Virus record (IMG/VR): IMGVR_UViG_3300042484_002248
Span: 1 to 29,006 of that record
DNA: 29,006 nucleotides
Source of the DNA: a virus
Taxonomy: Duplodnaviria > Caudoviricetes
Reading direction: 5' to 3' (one strand)
The notes beneath the pieces are model-generated. The model was not told where the DNA came from, did no database searches, and saw nothing but the letters and a program-made list of their open reading frames with translations. This document shows positions 17,888 through 26,079 of this stretch, piece by piece. The stretch's first letter is position 1. Every line of letters starts with the position of its first letter. The position numbers and the translations under genes were made by a program.

Positions 17888-18424
17888 CTATTGACCTATA
17901 CTAGTTACGTTGTATGTGAAGGAAGTGGCAGTGATGGTGGTATAATCCAAACTCATGTATGTGGAATTTCCACTGATTGATAAAGCCAAATCAGTATCAG
18001 CAGTCTGAATAAATTCATCATCCCAACTGACTGTGGAGCCGCTGGTGTATCTAACGCCCTTGATGGTACCGCGGCGTTGGACAGTGCCCTGACTGAAAAC
18101 ATAAGATATTGCGACGTTGTTGGCGCTGAATCCCTGGATACTACCAGCAGAAGTCAACGTCTGTGTATTCAATGACACCACACCATTTTCCAATGCTGAC
18201 AGACGACTGTCCAATCCTGCTAGTAGATCGGTTATTGCCAATATGGAATTTTCAGTGATGATCTCTGTTACGCCCTCTACTGGAGCACCCTCATCCACTG
18301 TGCCGTTGCCAATATACAGTTTACGTGTGTCAATGCTCCAGCCCAGCTCAGCTGAAGCCAATTGTGGTAGATCTTCCTGAAGACCACGTCTATGCTGAAT
18401 TCTCGAGATTTGTAGAATTGCCAT
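17888..18424 (-). CDS. Virion protein with Mtd-N/hyaluronidase-N-like attachment domain
   Basis: RIQHRRG....LPQLASAELGWSIDTRKLYIGNG; late box at 18447-18452. Confidence 0.7.
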   Translation of the reverse strand: MAILQISRIQHRRGLQEDLPQLASAELGWSIDTRKLYIGNGTVDEGAPVEGVTEIITENSILAITDLLAGLDSRLSALENGVVSLNTQTLTSAGSIQGFSANNVAISYVFSQGTVQRRGTIKGVRYTSGSTVSWDDEFIQTADTDLALSISGNSTYMSLDYTTITATSFTYNVTSIGQ

Positions 18425-18449
18425 TGCTTAATCCTGTTCTTTTTGTTAT

Positions 18450-19427
18450 TTATGCTTGGACAGGTCGGATCTTGAACAGTTTCTTGGGCAAGTGTTCCTG
18501 AACAGGCAAATGATAGTGACTGTGCATGAATCCGCACATGTTACAGGATTTTTCTGCTGATCGTTGCCGCACAAACCAGGCATCAATCTGTTCGGGGCTG
18601 GCATCTATACCCAGACTCTCGTAGTCATTATAGTATTGATCCCACTGTTCAGTGTCCTGTAAATTGTATGTTTCCAGAGTCTGATTTAATACACCGCGTG
18701 GCGGACATTTGTATAATCTGCCCTGATATAACTGTACATAATTCTTGATATGACAAACATTGTGATTCATATGCATACCCTGTTCATCATTGTAATCGTA
18801 CCAGGGCTCCAATGTGACACCATGTCCTTTATAGTGCGGAACAAAGTGATCGTCATGTTGACGGCATACATTTAATAATACACTACTATAACCACGATCG
18901 TCTGTCAGATGCACAAACTTCTTGTGCTCGCTATCCCAGGGAGTATCGGTCTTCCAATGAAAACGTCTGTTGGGATATACTCTATGATTGATTTCCAGTA
19001 TGCGTTCAGACAGCTCTTCGTAATTGCTCTGCACCAGACTATTGTAGGGTTCAGCCAGGGTATGGTGTGTGATGCTGACAAACATCTTGATGGGCTGTGT
19101 AAACAGTTCTTCCACATGAGGGAACAGTTTATCCAGATAATATCCATTGGTGTTTAACCAGATGGGAGTGGCATCACCATCTTCACACACTGGCCAGTAT
19201 TTACCGGCCAGACGGAACCAGTCCATGAGTCTGGGGTGCATGGTGGGCTCGCCACCAAACAAGTGCAATCGCCCGGGTATGATCAACTTGCTCCAGAACG
19301 CCAACGATTCTTCATCAGGCTCAACTAGTCCGTTGATCTCACGATGATCGCTGAATGTGCAGCAACCTTCACAGGCCATCTGACAACTACGTATGGTGAC
19401 CAGATCTAGATAATCTACTTTATACAT
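18450..19427 (-). CDS. Radical SAM protein with C-terminal twitch/SPASM-like Cys domain
   Basis: CQMACEGC, LFGGEPTMHP, NTNG; C-terminal C...GRLYKCP...CNMC. Confidence 0.9.
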   Translation of the reverse strand: MYKVDYLDLVTIRSCQMACEGCCTFSDHREINGLVEPDEESLAFWSKLIIPGRLHLFGGEPTMHPRLMDWFRLAGKYWPVCEDGDATPIWLNTNGYYLDKLFPHVEELFTQPIKMFVSITHHTLAEPYNSLVQSNYEELSERILEINHRVYPNRRFHWKTDTPWDSEHKKFVHLTDDRGYSSVLLNVCRQHDDHFVPHYKGHGVTLEPWYDYNDEQGMHMNHNVCHIKNYVQLYQGRLYKCPPRGVLNQTLETYNLQDTEQWDQYYNDYESLGIDASPEQIDAWFVRQRSAEKSCNMCGFMHSHYHLPVQEHLPKKLFKIRPVQA

Positions 19428-20139
19428 AGTTCTTGGTCAGGTAATACAATTCTACACGCTTGTTCCATTCGTCTGTCCAATGGGCAAATTCGTCACCTTC
19501 TACAACAAATTCCAGGTATTCTGGCGTGGTATACGTCTGATCTTCTAGTAATTTAGGCTGTACTGCCATGAGTATTACACCAGTATTGATGTCAGTGCCA
19601 TGTGTGTCGTTGTGGGCCATGGCGTATGCGGCCAATTGCAGAAAGTAGTCTTCAATCCATTCACGTTTCTTGGCCTTGTTGCTCTGTTTGAAGTCCAGGA
19701 TAGCGGGCTTGCCTTTCCAGACGCCCACACAGTCTGTGGTGCCAGCATACAGTCCGCTGTAATAGACAGGAACCTCTGAGCCCCAGAACTCGTCCACATG
19801 ACATAGACCTTTTAGTATGACTTCTGCGGCCATGAACCAACTGGGGTGAGCATAGGGATTACTGGGCAAGGGCTTCATGTCGTCGCTCAACACATAACTT
19901 TCCAGATAGCTGTGCATCCTGGTTCCACGATTGGCCGCTTCAGTGGTAATCTGTTGTGCCTTTTCAACACCCACCTTATTACGCCAATTTTGCAATGCTT
20001 GTTTAGACTCTGGTGACTTGGTTACATCCAGGATGGTGGTAACTGATGGCACTTTACTGCCATCAGGCAGACAGTAATGTCGTTTGCCCTCCAGTGTCTC
20101 GCGGCTTAGTGGTGCATAGGGATAGCGTGATATAATCAT
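19420..20139 (-). CDS. PD-(D/E)XK exonuclease (phage Cas4/MGME1-like)
   Basis: PSVTTIL, RGTRMH, E, YAGTTD, ILDFKQS, QLAAYA. Confidence 0.88.
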   Translation of the reverse strand: MIISRYPYAPLSRETLEGKRHYCLPDGSKVPSVTTILDVTKSPESKQALQNWRNKVGVEKAQQITTEAANRGTRMHSYLESYVLSDDMKPLPSNPYAHPSWFMAAEVILKGLCHVDEFWGSEVPVYYSGLYAGTTDCVGVWKGKPAILDFKQSNKAKKREWIEDYFLQLAAYAMAHNDTHGTDINTGVILMAVQPKLLEDQTYTTPEYLEFVVEGDEFAHWTDEWNKRVELYYLTKNYV

Positions 20140-21503
20140 TAGAATGGTAATCCGTTTATTTGTAACAAACCTGCTTTGGTTCTGAGCCAGGTAGATGAAT
20201 TTGATTTTATTTTTAGTTTATCGTATGTGTCACGATCAGTCTGATCTAAGATATTATACAGCCTGTCGTTGGATACGTCAAACTGTAATTGTGTTCGATG
20301 GTCGTAATCAGCAGTGAATTTCAGGAACAATTGCCACAACTGATCATTGTCTGGCCAGGTCCCCAATTCCTTCATGGTGCTTTGTATAAAATTATACAGG
20401 TGTATGGTCTGATCCGGATACTGAGTGAATATATCATGGCTCAGAGCAGATGCCAACAGCGCCGTTAATTCTGGTCGATACTTTATGGGCAATGCCTGGA
20501 TATCCAGATAGGATGTGGGCATGGTGATATTGGTATTCATTATACGGAAGTTGATACCACGTGTATTGAACCAATTCTGCCAGTATTCCAGATATTCTGT
20601 GATGTAAAAAATGTTGGCCAGACTGAATACTGGAGTCAACAGATAGGTAAAATTACCCTGGTGTGTTTGCCCAAAGTCGATCAGGTAATCCAGATTGCCC
20701 TGAACTTTGGCAAACTCCACTGGCCATCTGACATAACGATAGTTATATCCCACGCTGTCTATACTGAGCATAAACAAGACTCGATGAAATTTAGCCAACT
20801 TCAGCAATGTGTCAGCTGGCATGGCACTGAGTGATGTGGTGATGCGAACTTCCAGACGATCCTGATAACCTCGTTCGATGCACCAGTCCAATAGTCTATC
20901 AACTCCGGTCTGCAACAGAGTCTCACCACCCATGAGATCAATGTGGAAATGTTGATGCAGGTTGATTTCTCTTTCAATTACTGATGTTATCAATTGCCAG
21001 AATTCTGGATCATCAGTTACATCTGTTTCAAAAATATTTTTACCCGGAGTATTGGCTAGCCGATGCCATACTGAACTATCATGTGGATGACATATACGAC
21101 ATGCTTGTAGACATAGATTACCAAATTTTACTCGGACTCCATATGAATCCACTGCACGGCTTTTGGCAAATTCTTCCAGGCGATGCATGGGCTCACTGAT
21201 GATACGACGAATACGTTCGCTAGTGCCACCGTGTTGTTCTTCAGTAGTGCATCTATAACAGGCAGGAGGCAACGATCCCTGATCCATATGCTCCTTCAAT
21301 CGCAACATGGGGTCGGGCTGTTTATAATCTGGAAAACTGGGATCGGGTTTGAACTCGTCCAGGTTACAGCAACAGGTGGCCAATGGTCCGCCTGCATTGG
21401 GTATAGAGCGTCTGATGTCGGTCATGGACCAGGGAAAAAGACATAGCCCGGGGTTGTCCCGGGCCCATTGTAGTCTGGAATCCAATTCTTGTTGTAAGGT
21501 CAT
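20139..21503 (-). CDS. Radical SAM protein with N-terminal SPASM-like Cys domain
   Basis: CLQACRIC, LMGGET, SIDSVG..YRYVRWP; N-terminal CLFPW..TCCC..PACYRC. Start 21503 forms an ATGA overlap with iscA. Confidence 0.88.
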   Translation of the reverse strand: MTLQQELDSRLQWARDNPGLCLFPWSMTDIRRSIPNAGGPLATCCCNLDEFKPDPSFPDYKQPDPMLRLKEHMDQGSLPPACYRCTTEEQHGGTSERIRRIISEPMHRLEEFAKSRAVDSYGVRVKFGNLCLQACRICHPHDSSVWHRLANTPGKNIFETDVTDDPEFWQLITSVIEREINLHQHFHIDLMGGETLLQTGVDRLLDWCIERGYQDRLEVRITTSLSAMPADTLLKLAKFHRVLFMLSIDSVGYNYRYVRWPVEFAKVQGNLDYLIDFGQTHQGNFTYLLTPVFSLANIFYITEYLEYWQNWFNTRGINFRIMNTNITMPTSYLDIQALPIKYRPELTALLASALSHDIFTQYPDQTIHLYNFIQSTMKELGTWPDNDQLWQLFLKFTADYDHRTQLQFDVSNDRLYNILDQTDRDTYDKLKIKSNSSTWLRTKAGLLQINGLPF

Positions 21504-21826
21504 ACTGTGAAGCTTTCCCCACATCCACAACGAGCTTTTTCCTTGGGGTTATTGAACTCAAATCCTTCGTTTAGTCCTTTGCGAACATAATCAATCTCAA
21601 CACCATCCAGGAACACACTGTCTCTGCCAGAGACCCAGACAGTGGCACCATGTTGTTCATAACTAAACCAATCTCTGGTCACCGGTACTTGATCCAGATA
21701 TTCCAGAACATAGGCCATGCCTGAGCATCCGGTGGTCTTTACTCCCACTTTGATGCCCACACCTGATCCACGTCGGGCTATATTGCTAACAATTCTCTTT
21801 GCTGCTGTTTCTGTTATAGTGATCAT
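21500..21826 (-). CDS. iscA: A-type Fe-S carrier IscA
   Basis: MITITE.AA, VKTTGCSGMAY, GLNEGFEFNNP, CGCGESF. Confidence 0.93.
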   Translation of the reverse strand: MITITETAAKRIVSNIARRGSGVGIKVGVKTTGCSGMAYVLEYLDQVPVTRDWFSYEQHGATVWVSGRDSVFLDGVEIDYVRKGLNEGFEFNNPKEKARCGCGESFTV

Positions 21827-21830
21827 TGGT

Positions 21831-22637
21831 TTATTTAAGTCCCATGTTTTTACGAATCTCAGTGCCGGAGATCTTGGTGATAGATTCATCAAATGTTTCT
21901 TCACCTGAAGTATATCCTACGCCACGGCCCCAACCAATGTGTACAATGTTTGGAACTATCTGTATCTCGTATTGTCCTTGATACAGAGGATCTAAATCAT
22001 GACGGATACGCTGTTTGACTTCTTCCAGACCGAATGGATTGCTGCCTTGCCAGCCCTGTACATCACGGATCTGGATGACAACTTGTCCAGTGCGCTCTAA
22101 CAGACGCTCAAATAGAGCACGATGGCCAGGATGCCAGGGTTGCCAGCGGCCCAACATCTGTACAGTTTCTTTGCGCCAGTCAAATATTGGGCGGCGTTGG
22201 TCTGCCAAGATGTGATCAGCAACGAACACCGACCATTTGGCAGCATCTTGCTCTGCAATACGGAAGTCATAAACTGTGGGGGCAATAAATGCCCGGTTGG
22301 TATCTTCGTAACGACCCTGCTCGATGGTATCCATCCAGATGGTCCAGTCAGCTTTGAAGTTGTTACGCATTTCCACCAATGGTGCCACAAAGTCACAGAT
22401 GACATAATCTGCTTTGGAAGCGTCAGCTAATTCTCGCATACGCAGACTCTGGCGAATTCGACCAGTCTCTGAAAAATCCCAGTCATTGAATTTTTTACGA
22501 ACTTCATCAGCATTGAACCATTCAACGGTGACGCCATAACCATCATGCTTGATGTCAATCAGATGATTTTTCAGTGCTGTTGCCAATGTTGTTTTGCCTG
22601 AGCCGGGTAGGCCCATGATTAATATACGTTTTGCCAT
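21831..22637 (-). CDS. Adenylylsulfate kinase-like domain fused to an HxGH nucleotidyltransferase domain
   Basis: GLPGSGKT P-loop, NADEVR, DFS..GR; C-terminal GRWQPWHPGH and ISGTEIR. Confidence 0.8.
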   Translation of the reverse strand: MAKRILIMGLPGSGKTTLATALKNHLIDIKHDGYGVTVEWFNADEVRKKFNDWDFSETGRIRQSLRMRELADASKADYVICDFVAPLVEMRNNFKADWTIWMDTIEQGRYEDTNRAFIAPTVYDFRIAEQDAAKWSVFVADHILADQRRPIFDWRKETVQMLGRWQPWHPGHRALFERLLERTGQVVIQIRDVQGWQGSNPFGLEEVKQRIRHDLDPLYQGQYEIQIVPNIVHIGWGRGVGYTSGEETFDESITKISGTEIRKNMGLK

Positions 22638-22638
22638 G

Positions 22639-23130
22639 TTATCTCCTTGATTTTCTTAGGGCTGTCTGATACTTTAGATCACTGACGTAGTCTTTGAACA
22701 CTCGTCCATTCAAGTGGTCTATTTCGTGTAATACGCATTTGGCATCTATGTCAGCGAAAACAGCTGAGTGCAAATGGCCGGTTATGTCATACCAACACGT
22801 ATACACATGCCTGGGTCGGGCTATGGTTAATTCCAATCTGGGAAAGCTCAAACAGCCCTCAACGGCTTCCCATAGTTCATCTGACATTTTATCCACTGTG
22901 GGATTCACCATCACTATCTGTTGTCCAGCGTAGTCGCCCAGTTGAACATTCATAGCCATGACACGATAAGGTATACCCACTTGGTTTGCTGCCAGGCCCA
23001 GAGCCTGTTGGCTCAGCATGGTGTCAATTAAATCCGGTTCTATATTACTAACAGGAGGATTACCGAAGTCCCACTGCTGGCATGGTTGTAGTAGTATGGG
23101 ATCCGGCCACCGCTTGATTGGTAGTATCAT
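22639..23130 (-). CDS. def: Peptide deformylase
   Basis: LGLAANQVG, EGCLS, HEIDHLNG. Confidence 0.95.
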   Translation of the reverse strand: MILPIKRWPDPILLQPCQQWDFGNPPVSNIEPDLIDTMLSQQALGLAANQVGIPYRVMAMNVQLGDYAGQQIVMVNPTVDKMSDELWEAVEGCLSFPRLELTIARPRHVYTCWYDITGHLHSAVFADIDAKCVLHEIDHLNGRVFKDYVSDLKYQTALRKSRR

Positions 23131-23500
23131 GTTTGTTTCTGTAATCCGTTATGGCTGCTTTGATAGCATCTTCTGCAAGGATGCTGCAATGTATTTTAAC
23201 CGGCGGGAGGGCGAGTTCCTGAGCGATTTCAGTATTTCTAATTGTCTCTGCCTGGTCAAGAGTTTTCCCTTTGACCCATTCAGTAACCAGTGAGCTACTG
23301 GCGATCGCACTTCCGCATCCATATGTTTTGAACTTGGCATCTGTTATGATTCCATCAATTACTTTGATTTGTAGTTTCATTACGTCACCACATGCTGGTG
23401 CTCCAACCATGCCAGTGCCGACATCGTCGTCACCTTTGTCAAAGCTACCTACATTACGAGGATTCTCATAATGATCTAATACTTTATCGCTATACGCCAT
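23060..23500 (-). CDS. iscU: Fe-S scaffold IscU
   Basis: MAYSDKVLDHYENPRNVG, APACGDVM, FKTYGCGSAIASSS, LPPVKIHCS. Confidence 0.97.
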   Translation of the reverse strand: MAYSDKVLDHYENPRNVGSFDKGDDDVGTGMVGAPACGDVMKLQIKVIDGIITDAKFKTYGCGSAIASSSLVTEWVKGKTLDQAETIRNTEIAQELALPPVKIHCSILAEDAIKAAITDYRNKHDTTNQAVAGSHTTTTMPAVGLR

Positions 23501-23981
23501 TTATTCCGCCTGTGTTATATGTCTGTGTAAATATATCTTTTTTTACTACGCCATAGTCTCCTGGCCCGTGTCGCACAATAACATCTACTCCTGGATCGTA
23601 ATACAACTTCTCACCCCAGCTGGTGTCGACACTGCCTGAATGATCTGCAAGTTTAGCGATTTTAATAATCTTCTTGGAAGTGCAAATACCATGTCCTTCG
23701 TCGTCTTTAAGTTCGGCAAACTTCTCGGGAGGGAACGCATATTTTTCTCCCTTGGGACCTGTCATAATATACCAACCCTTCTTATAAGGAACCGGCTTAC
23801 CTTTACTTTCCAAAGCATCCTTGGGATCGATATATCCATCCTGTGGTGCGACTTCATATTGTTCTTTAGCAGGCTTTTTAAAGGTTTTGAATGAGCCCTG
23901 TGTGAACCATTCATCATCAATGGCTGTCTGTTCTGCCTCGGTTATTAAGTCTGAGTACTTTCTAAAAAATTCTGGGTTCAT
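23490..23981 (-). CDS. PGDYG-motif protein with two internal repeats
   Basis: C-terminal GPGDYGVVKKDIFTQTY; first repeat GWYIMTGPKGEKYAFPPEKF. Confidence 0.7.
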   Translation of the reverse strand: MNPEFFRKYSDLITEAEQTAIDDEWFTQGSFKTFKKPAKEQYEVAPQDGYIDPKDALESKGKPVPYKKGWYIMTGPKGEKYAFPPEKFAELKDDEGHGICTSKKIIKIAKLADHSGSVDTSWGEKLYYDPGVDVIVRHGPGDYGVVKKDIFTQTYNTGGINGV

Positions 23982-24580
23982 TTCAATGCCTTGTTTAGAA
24001 TTGCGGCATGGTCAAATGCCAGTTGTAGTTGTGATAATTGGTCTATGGGTATCCACACCGCTGCACTGGCATCATCACCTGCTGTGGTTTCTGATCGATC
24101 AGGTACATGCAATTTATAGGCCCAACTCCAGGTGTGTTCCATTCTGGGATCACGGTAGGGTTCACGGAACTCTCCCACCAATTCAGGTGCTGAACTTAAC
24201 TCTACACCAGTTTCTTCCACCAGCTCACGTAGTGCTGCTCTGATGGGAGTTTCGCCCGGATCAATAAATCCACCAGGCAATGCCCAATGTCCTGCGTAGG
24301 GGTTGTTCTTGCGTTTGATCATTAATACTTCTGCATCGGTGTGGACAACAATATCCACTACCAATAATATCACACGATGTGCTACATCACCTGTCAACTC
24401 AAATGCATAGTTATATCCGGGTCGCAATGTATCTTTTACATTGGGGCCTAGTCTGATGGGCTCATGTCCCACGACTGTGGCTACACCATCCTGCACTGAT
24501 ACCAGTTTAAATGGACCTGCAACGGTGGCATTGGCCTCTGTAATTAGGTCTGCAAAACGGCGTAGCAAATTAGATGACAT
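23978..24580 (-). CDS. Nudix hydrolase (ADP-ribose pyrophosphatase/NrtR-type) with N-terminal extension
   Basis: Nudix box GGFIDPGETPIRAALRELVEETG, RDPR, AGDDA, LAFDH. Start 24580 by TGATG coupling. Confidence 0.9.
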   Translation of the reverse strand: MSSNLLRRFADLITEANATVAGPFKLVSVQDGVATVVGHEPIRLGPNVKDTLRPGYNYAFELTGDVAHRVILLVVDIVVHTDAEVLMIKRKNNPYAGHWALPGGFIDPGETPIRAALRELVEETGVELSSAPELVGEFREPYRDPRMEHTWSWAYKLHVPDRSETTAGDDASAAVWIPIDQLSQLQLAFDHAAILNKALK

Positions 24581-24939
24581 CAGTTGGGCACCAGCACTGT
24601 ACGAACGCAATTGCAGTTGGCATCAATGATTTCTTCTTGACGATAACCGTAGGGCACTGACACAGGCGGTTGGTATGTGCCATACACCACTGGTGGTGCA
24701 GCGTAAATTGGAGGTGAATAATAATATGGGGCAGCAATGGCAGCACCAACAATGGCTCCGCCTATAATGGCAGCACCAATGGCTCCACCTGACCATCCGC
24801 CGCCTCGATGTCCGCCATGATGGCCGTAGTTATTAACGGTGGCCGAACGACCGTGATTGTATCCACCGCGATAACCATGTTGAGCCACTACTTGCCCAGC
24901 GAATAGTGTTAATACCACCGCTAAAATAATCTTGTTCAT
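24580..24939 (-). CDS. Exported Gly/His-rich, Pro/Tyr-rich small protein
   Basis: Signal peptide MNKIILAVVLTLFAGQVVA, GH-rich tract, hydrophobic GAAIIGGAIVGAAIA, YYY/PP tract, terminal CNC. Confidence 0.75.
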   Translation of the reverse strand: MNKIILAVVLTLFAGQVVAQHGYRGGYNHGRSATVNNYGHHGGHRGGGWSGGAIGAAIIGGAIVGAAIAAPYYYSPPIYAAPPVVYGTYQPPVSVPYGYRQEEIIDANCNCVRTVLVPN

Positions 24940-25035
24940 AATATTCCCCAGAGAGGTAAATTAAACCATCTTTATTACAGCTACATATTAACATGAATGT
25001 TGAATCCCAAGTGACACTACTGCTAATACAACTAC

Positions 25036-25065
25036 ATTATACTGTTAAATGTATTTATTTGTCAA
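25036..25065 (-). promoter_or_regulatory. Consensus sigma70 promoter TTGACA-18-TATAAT with a nested TAAATA late box (25052-25057)
   Basis: Both hexamers are perfect matches. Confidence 0.85.
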
Positions 25066-25630
25066 ATTTTGAATCAATGATATTTACTGTACGATTACTG
25101 AGTAAGATTTCATAATGGTTGAGTGGGACGTCAATTAAGCTCATTTTATCAGCATGATGTCGCATACTCTTATGAGTGACTACTCCGTCGTTGGGTTCTG
25201 AAATGAATGAACTTGCCCCACGTGTGGTTACAATGTTGGTCCAGGAACAGGGCAATGTCATGCCATTGGTTTCTCGCATGGGATAATCATTGGGTCCTAT
25301 ATCACGCATGAGTCGACTAAATGGCAGGAACCAACGTGCTATGTCAGCCACTTCGCTACCACCATACGGAGTGCTGATTGTGACTGCTCCTGCCACACGC
25401 TTGGGCATATGCTGTGACAAATGCATGGCATATATTCCACCCAGACTATGGGCCACAAAAAATACCCGACGCTCATTGCGTAAGGCATTGGCCATGTCCT
25501 GGAGGTTGTTGACAAAACCACAGGAACTATTGTACTCAATGATTAAGTCTGGTTGATGGATTTGTTGACGTATATAGTTGAAGCTTTCTCCAGTGGCGCT
25601 GGCGCCATGGATATAAACTATTTTAGTCAT
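25055..25630 (-). CDS. Alpha/beta hydrolase (lipase/esterase-like)
   Basis: YIHG, AHSLGG nucleophile elbow, STPYGGS, NDGVV, NH. Confidence 0.88.
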   Translation of the reverse strand: MTKIVYIHGASATGESFNYIRQQIHQPDLIIEYNSSCGFVNNLQDMANALRNERRVFFVAHSLGGIYAMHLSQHMPKRVAGAVTISTPYGGSEVADIARWFLPFSRLMRDIGPNDYPMRETNGMTLPCSWTNIVTTRGASSFISEPNDGVVTHKSMRHHADKMSLIDVPLNHYEILLSNRTVNIIDSKFDK

Positions 25631-25644
25631 GATTTATATCGAGT

Positions 25645-26079
25645 CTAGCTTCGACTGCCGGCTGCTCGTTTGGCCATGCTGGACACGGTTTTTTCTGGAG
25701 CAGTCTTGCTTGCTTCTGCATCACCAGGGACTTCCATTGTATCAGCACCAAATTGATCTTCGCGGTTTAAGTATACATACTTAACACCACTGTCATCGTC
25801 TTTGATATTGGCAATGAGATTTTTAACAGCATCATCATTCTGCTGGCATGATTTCAATGACTCGGCATTAAATGCTTCACCACCTGGTGTATTGCGTACC
25901 AAGTGTATCAATGCATCCACCCGAATTTTAGGAATTTCTGCATGGTCAGCACTGAAGATGACGTTTTGTAGAACTGTGCTCAATAATTCAGCACAGTGAT
26001 TCTCAGCATCGTCTTCCACGAACGCCGAGTAATCAGTTTCAGACTCTCTCAATGCTCGACGTATTTCGCTGTATCTCAT
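25645..26079 (-). CDS. Hypothetical late protein
   Basis: TAATG coupling to the upstream gene. Confidence 0.7.
   Translation of the reverse strand: MRYSEIRRALRESETDYSAFVEDDAENHCAELLSTVLQNVIFSADHAEIPKIRVDALIHLVRNTPGGEAFNAESLKSCQQNDDAVKNLIANIKDDDSGVKYVYLNREDQFGADTMEVPGDAEASKTAPEKTVSSMAKRAAGSRS

Noticed and set aside
19420-20139. Cas4 / CRISPR association, or an Fe-S client of IscU/IscA
   Set aside because: It lacks the C-terminal three-Cys cluster of Cas4, and no array or cas genes are present; it is a stand-alone phage PD-(D/E)XK exonuclease
24580-24939. RiPP precursor for the radical SAM enzymes
   Set aside because: It has a Sec-type signal peptide and would be exported, is not adjacent to the radical SAM genes, and no RRE domain is evident
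24940-25035. tRNA or other known ncRNA in the longer intergenic gaps
   Set aside because: No cloverleaf or T-loop motif is seen, only weak AU-rich pairing
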